Shown here piece after piece: positions 36,801 through 50,044 of a stretch of 64,000 bases of DNA. Every line of letters starts with the position of its first letter. The stretch's first letter is position 1. The position numbers and the translations under genes were made by a program. The stretch comes from Bugula neritina. Its lineage: Eukaryota; Animalia; Bryozoa. The notes beneath the pieces are model-generated. The model made no database searches, had not been told where the DNA came from, and was given only the letters and a program-made list of their open reading frames with translations. The stretch is from positions 4,679,751 to 4,743,750 of the forward strand of contig OZ037773.1 of NCBI GenBank assembly GCA_964035545.1. The letters run 5' to 3'.

Positions 36801-38178
36801 AATAACAGGTTTCATTTGAAATTTGTAAAAAATGTTGAATATAATGTTGTATATTAAGTGCAATGTTGATACTTTGAAATTGATGACAGCGAATTTATAC
36901 AAGGCACCTACCTGTCAAGCACCTAACATTGCTGGCTGCCACATGGCATATAATTTAACAAGTACTTTCCAAGTTTAAATTGATTCGAGGTATTTTATAT
37001 GCATAGATACATAGCACATACTCTTGAATCGGGTGGGGGGGGGGGGGGTAGAAATCCTGCCCAACCTATAGTTGGAATAGCTAAATGTTCAGGTTCGTGG
37101 AATAAAGACTGCCTGACTGTATTATTACACTTGTTAACCCAAAACATACATAGGAATGTAAGCTTGAAATATTGTTTATAAATGTTGTCACATTGAAGTT
37201 ATATTTATACTCAGCATAAAGTGATTACACTATAAACTGTTTTTCAGCTTTAACTGTGGCATAGCCAACACTGGAGGTATCTAACGAACCACCTTTTTAG
37301 TAATCTAGTGTTATAGTTATCAGTAATATGCTATGGTAACCTATTGGGTATAAAGTGATACAGTTAACGCAGCAATATGCTATGGTAACTCATGAGGTAT
37401 AACTAATATTTCTGACAGCTGAGGTACCCTGCAAGCACCTTACTTCCCTATTCACTTTGATCATACATCAGTTGTTGCCATGTTTATTTTTACACCTGAT
37501 TGCACCTTATTTTTTCCTCTATTTAGATCGCATGCCTCAATAAAAGTAGTAGCTACTAGATTTTCAGTATCGCATAATAATTATGTATAAGTATATGTAA
37601 TATATTATATACTTACTTATAATATACAAATACCTAGTAAACATGAATATATATTATATATATTATAGTATGTGTAAATGTGATATGTAGATATTATATG
37701 TGTGCATATGTTATGTATATATATTATATATATATGCATGTTATATGAATAAATATAATCTATATAAGTAAAATATTATGTATAGAAGTTTCATATTTTA
37801 CAATTTTAGTTACTCAAGAGGACTGAAGAGATCCTGAGGAAGGACTCAGACGTTCAACTTTAACCTGAAGGTAGTTCCTCTCTGCTTTTTATCTGGTGTG
37901 TTTTAAGGTCTTCTGCAGCACAGAGATGAACTTGTGGAAAAAATTGTGCTGTTTTGTGATTTGGGATTCGTTTTCATTACTAAAACTGAACTTGGTATAG
38001 AAAGTAAAGCCTTCTAAAATCTTCCACGTTGCATAATGCCAACCGTAATAGATGTTTTACTCAACTGCTTGCTGGGTGTAAATCCATTGATTGACTGATC
38101 GCTTAGTTAGTGTAAATGCTATTGGTAGGCTGGTTGCTTAGGTAGTGTAAAAGTAGTAAAGTTGAAAAACTCACAAAA

Positions 38179-38375
38179 GTTTATAGTCGCTATCCCTTCG
38201 AAAAACCCCTGATGAAGGGGTTTTTTGTTAAATCGGGCTAAGGACTTATTCAGATGGAGCTCAGGAGCAATTATGACTAGATGCTCTTCTTATAACATCA
38301 CCAATGGCCTTTGTTGGGTTCGAACCGATGGCTTCCTGCTTCCTAGGCAAGGGCTCTAACCCCTAGACAGTAGGC
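38179..38375 (-). mobile_element. tRNA-derived SINE family C, copy 2
   Basis: Reverse complement of 28870-29058; intact B-box GGTTCGAACCC. Confidence 0.75.
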
Positions 38376-39330
38376 AGTATATTTCTCACTGCTTGCATTG
38401 TCAGATTCTCTTATTATTAAAATTTATGCCAATGTTACTCAACCACCTCCACACAAGAGTGAGAATATAACCACTTCCTTTCAGCTACTTTAAAGCTGAC
38501 TCTACTTAGTCAGAAGTGTGCGAATTCATGCACTGGTTTCTACCATCACAGCCGGAAGTGAGGTTTATTGAATAGGAAGCCATTTATATATGCTTAATGG
38601 CTATTATAAGAGGTGTGAATTTATAGTGTCAACATAATTAGAAATCTGGTTTGTGAATCCATTGTTTATACCCTTGTGAACAATTTTATACACCAGTAGG
38701 GCACACCTTCATATAAACATAGAGCAGCAATTATTGAACTTAAATAAATATTTAGCTAACCTATATGCAGTTACTAATTTTGACCACAAAATCTTCCAGA
38801 CAATTGGATTACGTAACCAGATTTGTTGAGATTATTTAAGTACAGGCCCACATGCTATCTGTGTTTAGTAAAGTATTGACACCAGCATCTGCTAGTTGTA
38901 ATACTGACACTAAATATCATTACTATAAATGTTAATGAAAACGAAGAGAAGTTTGAATAGTTGTTTTCATCCATTACTGACTTTTATTGCCTGTTTATCA
39001 CAAAAAGATATGAAATTTTGCACACATCTGTACAACACTCCTATCTTATCTAAATGTAATTATTAGTTTACACTGTAGCATCGTGGTGTATCAAACTAGA
39101 AAGAGTCCATGATGGATTGTGTATATAGTCTTAGTGCATACATGCATGTAAATATTACAGATATCACTATTTATCTAGTATGTTTTAGAAAAAGAAGATT
39201 GCATACAGATGTATTTCCAATGTACTGATGAACTCTTTGGAATCTCTTAGAAATAGCCTCTGATCACAAGTATTTATAACCCGCAGTATTGCTAAGACTA
39301 CCTAAAATAGTGTACACCAGCACACAGGCC

Positions 39331-42300
39331 ATGTCCACTACCACACTTTCCACAACTACGCAGTACGAGTGGCAATTCCGGCAGGTGGCTGAAGCCGATC
39401 TCCGATCTGACGTGACTATAGCTCTCGTTGGCATCGTTTTCCTCAGTATTGTTCTTGCCATTCTATTTGGAAACATTATAGTCATCATAGCAATATTGAC
39501 ATACAGGCAGCTAAAGAAACAGCAGAGTAACTTATTCATACTAAATTTAGCATTCGCTGATCTCAGTGTGGTTGTTTTTGTAATGATATGGACGACAGCT
39601 GCTTATGTTGCTGACATGGGCCGCAGTGAAGATCAACCATGGATATTTTCAAATGTAAGTACCTCCTATTATATGCTCTATCTATTTGCATAACTTGCTT
39701 GGTTTCCACGGTGATTTATAATTAAGAAAAACTTAGAAGTTGCAACAACTGTTTACTAGTAAAATGTTTCCCAGTGATATGGTCACATGCTATATCAGAG
39801 TCCTACATGACCTATCACCTAAACGGTCTTGATATTACAACTATTTCCCTCACACTCAGTGTTTTTCTCGCTGCAGAACTCATTGTCTCTAACCTAGGAG
39901 TTCTGATGTGCAAATCTATCAGCTTTCATGTCACCTCAGACTCCTTGGGCCCATTTTTTGTTTGATACATGCATAGAGTTACATAATCAAGTCACTAGAG
40001 TTGACAGGCAATACATTTATTATAAACACAGGTCATGTCCAACATCATCTGGAGTTAAACTTATCTGCCTTCGGTTCTTTTACAGTATAAGTTTCTCTTT
40101 ATTAGGTGTTTATTAGCAGTCTTTCATTTAGCTGCTTGGTCAAATTAAGGGTGAGTTCTAGTGTTTTGCTACGTCTTTGGGGAGGGCGGATATCCACCTC
40201 CTAACACACAACTGCTACAGCCAACAGTGGGCTATGAAACCTAAAATTTTTATTCTATTTACAGCCTCTGCTGCACATATTTGAGCCAATTCTGTCTATT
40301 TCATGTTCTTGCAAATATCATGATGCTGGACTGTGACCAAGTGTTTCGAAATGCCAATTTTTACAACCTGCATAACATTTTTTAATCCTGTTTTGCATAA
40401 TTTGTGATCAGAGATGGTAAACATCTGTCAAATTGTTCACCATAGCACTTTAGTTGCATGAGTAATAATTGCTAAACTTCCTCTACATGTTCAGCTAAAG
40501 TAACAACCCTATATGATGAGTGTATGCAATCATTCAACTGGAATAAAATTAATTCTATACCAACTGTTCAGACAATGGTAAGAATCTGAGTTAGTAATGA
40601 GCTGAGTTACATAACATCTAATCAATATGATCTCTTCATTATGATCTCTTACTCAAAAGGTATAATATTTCCTTTATTATGTCATAAGAGGATGTGTCAA
40701 TCATTTGAGTATAATTTACTTTTGTAACCAATGACAACGATTGACTAAAAGCTTGAAAATGTAAAAAATGTGAACCTGCCTGTTACAACTCTGATTTTAA
40801 AATTCGAAAGTTTTGAATTTAAAAAGGAAGCATCTTCGTTTTAAAATTTTCTTTTATCCTTAAAACTTAACAGTTCATAAACTGCATAACTCAATTTTAT
40901 CATAACAAAATGTTCAATCAGCCTTATAAGTAGATGAAGAACATAATATTAGTTAATATAACAAGGCTTAAGATACTAAACTAAACCAGGGGTGTCCAAC
41001 AGGCGGCTCCAGGACTGTATGATGCGGCTCCAGCCTACATTTATGTGGCCCTCAAAGGCATAAAACATAAGACATCTTAATATAGTCATGAATTAAAAGG
41101 AAAAAATCACCTTTTAATGTCTTTTGTCTATATATGCTAAAAATCATACATGCCGGCAGTAATTATTGGGACAAAATTGTGTAATGATTCATAGGAAATT
41201 GAGATATAGTAATGTGAAATAACTGATGTGGCCCCAGCCCAAGTTAAAATTTACAATGTGGCTCTCCCTATAGAATAGTCCATATTAGTGACTCTCACTC
41301 TGAAAAGGTTGGACACCCCTGTACTAAACAGTAACTTTGAGGCTTAATTTATTTAGAATTTATTGTAAAAACAACTTGAAAAATGGAAATTTTTAGTTAG
41401 GCCTAGTAATTGATAACTTTAATTGGGCCAAGATTTTTTATTAATTTTTGTTTGAAATCTGAATTGAAATTCTTCAAGAAGATAACTCATGTTACATTTT
41501 GTCTTTGCCCCACAAGCCCTAATTTCCCCATCGTTGCAACTATCTCCAAGCTTTAAATTCAAAACAAATTAGTGGCTTTTCCTTGGAGGTCATTGACTTG
41601 CAGCAGTTGTGTTTCAGAATAGTATTATATGACTCAAATCAAAACGAATGATAATTGGCTAAAAATAAAACCTACTCTAGTTTAGTCATAAACTAAAAAT
41701 TATATCTTAAAGAAGAATCATCTTTGGGAAAGGCCAATGACACTAGAAGCACGTGGTAGCAATGAGATGTAATAATCTCATTGATCTCAGCTGTCTACTC
41801 TAGAGAGGTCATTGCTTCTTCAATCATTAGTAATTGATTTTATCATCAAACTTGTTGAATTCGGTATGTCTATACCTTCTCAAACATCTTCATTCTTTCT
41901 TATCCACGCATCTAGCGGCATATACAGGTGTGCTCAAGCCTACTTACTACACACTGGCAGTAGCAGTTTATATATGCTTTGTATGATAAGACAATTCTAT
42001 GCATATTTTCTGGCTCATTAAGTCCTAGTGTTGTCAAAATTCTGTGTCTATTCACTTTAGGAATTAAGTTACCTGATAATTTGAATTGATCTTAAAGCTG
42101 ATATGGTGATGATTGTTGCTTTAAAACGAAAATGTTTCTATGCTAACAAATTTGAAGTTTACGGTGAGTTTACAGGGAAAGGCAACTTTTTACTAAATAT
42201 AGTTATGTACTCTCTACAGTCTACAAATTCCGCGCCCAGTTTATTCCCCGATATTTTTCTTTCACAGTCACATCATATCTGCCAGCATAACAACGTTGCT

Positions 42301-45300
42301 CTGTGTATTTTAAACTAGCATTGTTATAATATCAAAATTCATCATTTTTTAGTTTGAACAATAATTGATATCGTTGTTGCTTAATAGTTGCTTCTAATAA
42401 AATTCCACATTTAGAGGTTAGACTGTACTAAACAGTTTTCATGCGGTACTTCTTGTTTGCAGGTGATGTGTAACCTGCAGTGCGCCATGAACTACTGCCT
42501 CATAGTGGTATCAATGATGACGTTGGGTTTCATCTCAATAGACAGATTCGTGCACATTGTCTACCCCCTCCAGTATCATGACATCATCACCGTGAAGAGG
42601 ATACGCATCATGATCTGCTGGACGTGGATTCAGGGACTTATCATCGGTAATTCACATGCACTGCTTCAAGATTTACTATGTTACATGAAATACAGAATGT
42701 CGTTACTATATGCATGGTACATGAAATGTCAAACATGGTGTGAATGGAGTTTGTCCCCAAATGATTAGAGTTTGAGCGTCAAATTGTGTTTTGCTGCAAA
42801 AACACGATTAGTTAATCAAATTGCTTAATTAAATAAACTGGTGTTGCATTTATAGTGATATGAAGATAGTTGAGATACTTCAAGTGAAAAAGTAAATAAT
42901 TCATTAATCAACTGTGATTTGGGTAAAAGCAAAACTCAAAAAAACTTTTCAGGTTACATATAATTAAAGTAATGATTTCTGCAGATATTGAGTATAATAT
43001 GCAGTAGAATTTTTACCATGTGTGCGTTCAATTTTTATCACACAAACCCTTGGTCGTGAGCAACATTTCCTAGCTTTTTCATTCTTTCTGACTAGATTAA
43101 GGCTAGATGAAAAAGGCATGTATTTATACATGTTTTATGATGGGTCTGATAACTTCCATCTGCATAGCATGACATTTCATCAATTTTTCAGTTTTGAAAG
43201 CTTATAATGAAAGCAGCATGTGACAACTCCTCATGTTATTGTAAGATTTATAGTGTAATATAATGATAGTAGTGTGTGACAACTCCTAGTATTGTAATAT
43301 TGATGCTATGATATGTTAGAGGTGTGTGACAACTCCGTAATGTTATTGTGCGATTCATAGTACATGTCAAAAGTGTGACAACTCCTAACGTTGCTGTAGG
43401 GTTCATACCTGTTGGAATGAAGTGGATTCACTATGATTACTGCGAAGTAGTCTGCGCCATCGACTGGTCAGAGCTGCACGCAGAGAAGTTTGTCATAGTA
43501 GCCTTCATAACCTGCTTTATAGCCCCAGCTCTCACCATGCTGGTCTGCTATTCTGTCATCTTCAAGGTAGGTCAAAGTTCTTAGCCTATACGGCTATATT
43601 ATAATGTTATGACACAAACTCAATCAAAATGGTTCATTAAACTTGCTATGTTATATCACATATTATAGTGCTGTGCTTATAGCCAACAATATTGCATGCA
43701 TTTATCTAAAACTGGCAGAATTAGTTATGTCAAAGGATAAACTAGTATATGAGTTAAGTGGTTTATTTGTATATGAAAAAAGTCAATTTGATTTTAAGTG
43801 CTTAAGTGATGGGATTTTATAGAAATATTTAAGCAAAATACTTCAAATAGTATGTTTTTGTAATTTTTTATGCATTCTCTATATAATCTGATTTAAAAAG
43901 TATCTCATACATATGATCTACATTGTATGGTGATATGCTATAACAATATATTTTGAGTCTATTTTTATATTATTATAATACTATGAATAATATAATAATA
44001 TATTGTATTGTAGCGGAGCATGGCTTACACTGCCGTATGTACTCTATTGTATTGAGTTTTCTTTGTGTATCCAACTAATATTATTTTTGCACGTTTTTTG
44101 TTGGAGTTGCTCACACCTGCTTGAACAAAACACAGCAGAGTTTTTTTCTTAAATAAACTTAAAATGTGCACAGAAATTAAAATCACATTTATGTAAATAA
44201 GCTCAGGTTTAGGAATTCCACGAACACTTTTCAATATAAAAAGAATTGAGTTTAAGTTAAATTTTCTGCTGTATTTTGTTCAATAATTTGAATTGCCACC
44301 TAATCCGTCTATGCACCAATTGTGTGGTTTGAAAGGGTATAATATTCTTATCTAGGTTATTGTTTTGTGGGGTCATGAACTGCTATACTAACACGTTTCC
44401 TGAATCAAATTGATTATTTCACCAGCTTCTATCTAGCATTCACCTGATCCATTGACTGCTACCTTTACCTGATATACTTGTGTTTACAGTTTGTTATAAT
44501 CTAAAAGCAGAGACAACTTATCTGCTATACACATGGAGATAACTCCTTATTCTTATTATGCAACATTGAAACTATATTAGAGTGAAAATCAATCAATTTC
44601 CAGATGCGATGCTTTAAACCTTTAAAGCACATGTTTATCTTGTTTCTTGTTTAATATCCACAATTTCAACAAGATCTATTGTCACTCCTGCATGCTCACA
44701 GCTACAGATCTATTATTACGGCATTGGTGCACACCTAATCTACATAGTAAATTATGGGTGGTTGGTGATTTCATTTTTTCTATTGTTAAAATATTGAACA
44801 GGCAATTTTGCAATTTCAATTTTCGATCTTTTTATGTTCCTTGAAATTATATGTTGTCTATATAAAATCCTTTTGTAACTATTTATACTAACAATACTAA
44901 AATTTTCTGCTTGCCTGGCTTGTGCACTATATTTTGGGCGTGTTCCAAATAAAATCTGCTCACAATAAAAGCCTGAGCATGTTTATGAACATAGATGTAC
45001 GTTTAATGATATAATTTATTGCTAAAATCAAGTATGAACGATTGTTTTTGAAAATAACACTTTTCAACTTTGGCGTTCGTCTTGATGTTAAAAATACTGC
45101 TGTTACTTTATTTCAAAACGTGGATTTTCAGAATATTATGTTGGTAACTGGTGATTTTCTTAAACTAAATATAAAATATCCAAACCTCTTTTAATATTTT
45201 GACAGGAAATCAGACGGAACACGAGCATTCACACTGTTACTGGCTCTACTAAGCACAATTCTACCTCAGAAGACAAAGCGGGTAGCTTGAAGAAAAATGG

Positions 45301-47216
45301 AAAAAAGCAATCGTAAGTTTTTCTGCTATAACCAACAAGTCGACGCAAATAATTATAAGTTTATTTCAAAAACATACATATGACTAACTGTTGTATTCAT
45401 GAGTAGAAAGGATAATTTATGTAGATATCAGACAATGTAGTATATTTGAATTCCAGAAAAATACAATTAGCTCAGAGAAAATTCACTGTTTATATACAAA
45501 AATATTACATAGCTTTTTAGTGATAGCCGGTCATAATACAAAATTATAATACATGCTTCATGGCTATATGGCTATATGCTATATGGCTATATGCTATATG
45601 GCTTTATGGCTTTATGGCCTTATGGCTTTATGGTATGATATTATAATTCTCATAGTCTGGGCTGTAGCGGCATCCGTTGCATATGTAACACTAACTAAGT
45701 TTTTTATATTTTGTAATAAGATAAAGTGTCTATTAATTTTTTATACTATTGTAATATAAACCATTATTTGCTTTATTTTTAGTGACATGACCAATTTTTG
45801 AAATATTACTTTTTTAAATTTGATCGTGTATTGAAAAGAGTTAGATAATATTATTTGTTGTTGATAGTAAAACCCATATATTAATGGTTATAAAATTGTG
45901 TAAGCTTGATACAAATAGTAACAATAATAATATATATTCTATTTGATTCACCCTACAAGAATTATGGAACAGATTGTACTGAGTGACTTCTCAATTTACT
46001 AGAGCTCTATAATGACTTTTACAATATTGTTATATAGATATGGTGTGTTGGAGAGCTCAATTAAACACTCTAAGCCAACAGAAAACAATAATGCTGAGTC
46101 TCCTGCAGACACACCCGCACCAAAGATTATTAGGCGACCCAGCAAAGTGGTGAAGGAAAGCACCATCGTTAAAAGTCTCCTCGTAGTGGTGCTGGTCTTC
46201 TTTGTCTGCATGACACCATTCTCTACTACAAAACTCATCAAGGTAAGCTCATCAAAAACAGCATTTAGTTTTATTTCTTTTGACCACCTTTTATATTTGT
46301 ATATATACTTTTTTTGTAGTCTTACTTGTTTACCTAAATAGAAATATTCCATAATCTTATTTTTGTTGATTTTCATGCCTTTTATTTGACATGTTCAGCG
46401 TTTCCTCTATATCTCACTAAGCTACAGGTCCCAAAATCTGAAATCGTGACATAGTAGGCTACCGGATTTAAATCACGGATCCGTTAAATTTGGCCATTTT
46501 GTCCCTATATACACACATACATTAGCCACAAAACAAGGGTCTAAACCCTGTTTGTGACTTATGGAATTTTGTGAGAGCTGGAACCGTGAGATATGGAGAG
46601 AGCACTGTAATTATAAACAAATGATGCTAATATATCTGTATGGCAAGTAAATTTTTCTGTACATCGCATCAACTTCATAGTAATATTGACTACTGGCTCA
46701 TATATTTTGCAGGTATTGAAGGGGTATATCCCATGCTGGGTAAATACCTTTGCCACTGTCATACAGTTACTAGCAAGTGCTTGCAATCCTCTTATCTACG
46801 GCATCTTTAGGAAAGAATACCGTAAAGCCTTTAAGATTCAGTACAACAAAGCCTGTCACAGGCTATCGTCCAAATTCACATCTAGTGACTACTCTGACAG
46901 TTTTAGTATCCCATATTACTCAGAGAACAAACCTGCCACACTTAAGAGAAAAGACTTGGCCAACAGATCTGTCAAAGAACCAGTTCAAGGAAATGAAACG
47001 CTCACAAAACCTCTCAATGAAAATCAAATAGCCATCAATTTAGAAGTAAAGGAAGACAACTCTTATTGCTCATCAACAGCGTTGAGCCCGAGTGGGGAGA
47101 GTGTTGAGAGTGAGGCTTCACATGTAGAGAAAACTTTTACTTTGCCTAGAAGAGCAGTTTCTTTTGAAGATACTCGTGATGTTGTCAACAGGACAACCGA
47201 AGTGATAACTTTGTAG
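39331..47216 (+). CDS. Orphan class A (rhodopsin-like) GPCR, 6 coding exons, 496 aa
   Basis: Exons 39331-39654, 42463-42646, 43400-43566, 45206-45312, 46038-46242, 46713-47216 (1491 nt, in frame). TM1 GN, TM2 NLAFAD, C3.25, DRF, TM4 W, ECL2 CAIDW, TM5 P..Y, TM6 CMTPF, TM7 NPLIY plus helix 8. Confidence 0.92.
40987..41321. mobile_element. hAT (Buster/Charlie-like) MITE
   Basis: 14-bp TIR CAGGGGTGTCCAAC/GTTGGACACCCCTG; 8-bp TSD aactaaac/tactaaac with central TA; internal TGTGGCCC-like subterminal motifs. Confidence 0.85.
43218..43399 (+). repeat. Degenerate ~50-bp tandem repeat (core TGTGACAACTCC x4) ending at a GPCR splice acceptor
   Basis: Cores at ~43220, 43275, 43325, 43374; the last unit supplies CTAAC and TGTAG. 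Confidence 0.8.
45559..45633. repeat. 7-8 bp tandem repeat (ATGGCTWT)
   Basis: Visible short array. Confidence 0.85.
46396..46607. mobile_element. Tc1/mariner-type MITE family, copy 2
   Basis: Right TIR GTGAGATATGGAGAGAGCACTG followed by TA; homologous to 14394-14585. Confidence 0.7.
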
Positions 47217-47992
47217 ACATTACCCACATTGTGGAGACAACTCCAACTACGCACCTAGCTTTATTTGTCTTCTGACTCATTTGCTATTTGTAAATGTTCT
47301 AAATGGTTCAATTTCAAAGTATATGACTTTTAGAGATGCTTAAAGCTTAGCCATATAGAAAATTATGAGCAACAAAATTACGTAATTTTTTTACAAAGCA
47401 CTTTGTGATCAATTCAATGATATTTGTATAAAGTCTTGATTTTATCAAAGAAATAGTTGTTTTTATATTATTTTTGTAAAAAATATTCATGCACTGTTTG
47501 TACATAACCATTATAATACAGAGTTTTTAAATTCATCTTTATACTTTCAAATCAGTCATGTAAACGACCCAAAGAAATGTCTCATAATATTGACCAATGT
47601 TTTTTAAATATTTTTTGCTTTCTCATCAATATTTTCTAAGAATACATATTACAATTTTTGTTTCGCATTCAAAATAGCATAATGTGTGTACAGTGGCAAA
47701 GCTCTAAACAAAGTTTTTTTATGTCAATAAAACAGTTTAACTCTTATTTCATATATATGCAATATGCAAGCTCTCTTCTAGTAGCTTTATTCATCTTTTC
47801 AAAAATTATTGTATACAGTAGCACATCCTTCTTAGTTTGTAGATTTCGTACCATATACAATATTGCTCATTCTTTACACTAAATGCACAGCGACTTCTAT
47901 ATTGACATTATGTAGTCTAGATCTGTTTTCAAGCTTGAAGAGTTCTTTTAAAACAAACGAGATGAATTTAAAATTAAAGTCAATTATTTTTA

Positions 47993-49972
47993 TTAGGACA
48001 TAATAAAATTTTTATACTTTGTCAATGAAGTACAAGAAAGAAGATTTTGCAATGCTTTCCTTGCTGTGGCATCAGTAAGACCTTGACTTAGCAATCGCAT
48101 AAAATTTTTGTTGCTCATTGCATTACGTACTCTGGTCATCAGCATTGCAGCTTTAGTACTTCCTCCTAGTTTACCAGAAGGAATGTAGTATTTCCATGTT
48201 TTGATTGGTGCAGCAGCACGACGAACTATCCAATGACGTTCATTCATTAAGTTAAGTTCTTCCAGTTGATCAATCAATTCCTGTAGGAAGTGTAAAAATC
48301 AATATATACTATTGTATATCGTACTTGATAAATAAAAATTTTAATGAGAAATTGTGCCATTCTCGAAATTTTTCTTTGTTTCAGGTTATTGTAGTTGCTA
48401 TAGAGAAATAAAGTTTTAAAAATAATAAATAATAAAACAAAAAGTTCTGTGCTATGATGTTAACGTGCAAAACAAATTATCAAAAAAGTTTTAGATACAT
48501 TTTCCAAATTATTTAATATAGTTTGTATGAATGAATACAATACCCAATATTTTATCAGATAATTCACTGTTTATCTTTGTTCAATTGTTTTTATAATTGC
48601 GTAAATTACATTTTCTTTTTATTAAAATTACTCTTTTACTCTATTAGATCATGTTTCCACTTTATTATATTGTATTAGTTTGATCTCAATTTTTTTAAAG
48701 CAGCAATTGATTACAATAAAATTGTGATTCAGCAACTATAAGCCTAGGGCCACAAGGTGCGTATTTTCGCATGCGAAAATTGAAGTCACAAGTAGCAAAG
48801 GTGTCCACTGTAGCGTCAGTGATGCGTGATAAATAAAGCTTTCATTTTTTAATCGCACTCGCTTTCAATAAAACTGGAAATGTAGCACTAAAATAAAGAA
48901 ATTGGGCTCGCTGGATAACTACTAGCCAATTAGGTGACGACGACAGAGACGATTTGCACTTTCGTTGAGAATGCTGAGTGGACACCTTTGCTACTTGTGA
49001 TTTCAATTTTCGCATGCGAAAATACGCACATGTGGCCCTAGGCTAACATTAGTTTTTATATGATATTTTATATATGATCAAATTGAAGCATATTTTGCCC
49101 ATACTTTTGCTTCGTTTGTATTCAGGATATTTAAAATCTCCTCATCTATTCTTAAAGCATCTTCATCCACAGGTTTGGTTAGCCTCGGCTCCGCAGCTAT
49201 CTCTCTCCTTCTCTATATAAGCAGTAGATACACTATATAACTGAAAAATTCGTAGACTAAAGTCCTAAGACCTAATTATATCATAACAGTGTGAGTATAG
49301 CCTGAAAAGTTGCTCAAATATTTATTATGTTGTTGGCACCATGCAACAGTCACATCATAATAAATAATCATGCATGCCCTAATAATTAATCTTTGAGACA
49401 TTATACCAATAAAATTTTTACATTAGCACGTGTCATTTTTTGCTGTAATATTTTAGGTATATAGTGACTGGATTTTGTGTTTCTTAATTTTATATTTATA
49501 ATCTATGTTTCACTGCTTCAACTTTAGATGTGCCAAAGGTTAAAGTAAAAATGCAAAGATATGCTTATAACTATGTTCTATAGTGAACAAGCATGGGTAA
49601 TTATAATATATATCACATTGAAATAGCCACATACCTTTACTATACACCGTGAACTTGCCAATTTTACCAGCTTGCTTCTTATATTGTTGAAGTCTGTGAG
49701 CGTGAACCGATTATTTTCAACACCTCTAATAAGTCCATTATTAGCCTTAGCTTTATATAACAGGGAAGCGGCCAAAGACACAATCTGCAAAAATCATAAT
49801 GCATCTTGCATGGATGTAAGGGTTATATAAGAACTCAAGCAATCTTGTAAAAAATGTACTTCACTTAGAAAACATGATGGTAAAAAGTCTTAAGATGAGC
49901 TATGGGCTTAATTTATTGTTCTGACTACAAGAGAAACTATCAACTCTATACTAGCTCTACACTGACTCTATA

Positions 49973-50044
<72 letters not shown>

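Noticed and set aside
31300-38100. Scattered 60-100 aa ORFs in the region upstream of the GPCR
   Set aside because: AT-rich, no recognisable motifs and no phase-consistent exon chain found; a small gene or lncRNA cannot be excluded.
43218-43399. CRISPR-like repeat-spacer appearance
   Set aside because: Eukaryotic intron, 12-bp core, spacers partly similar to each other, no cas genes.
39331-47216. Opsin or biogenic-amine receptor assignment
   Set aside because: No Lys at 7.43 and Asn rather than Asp at 3.32.
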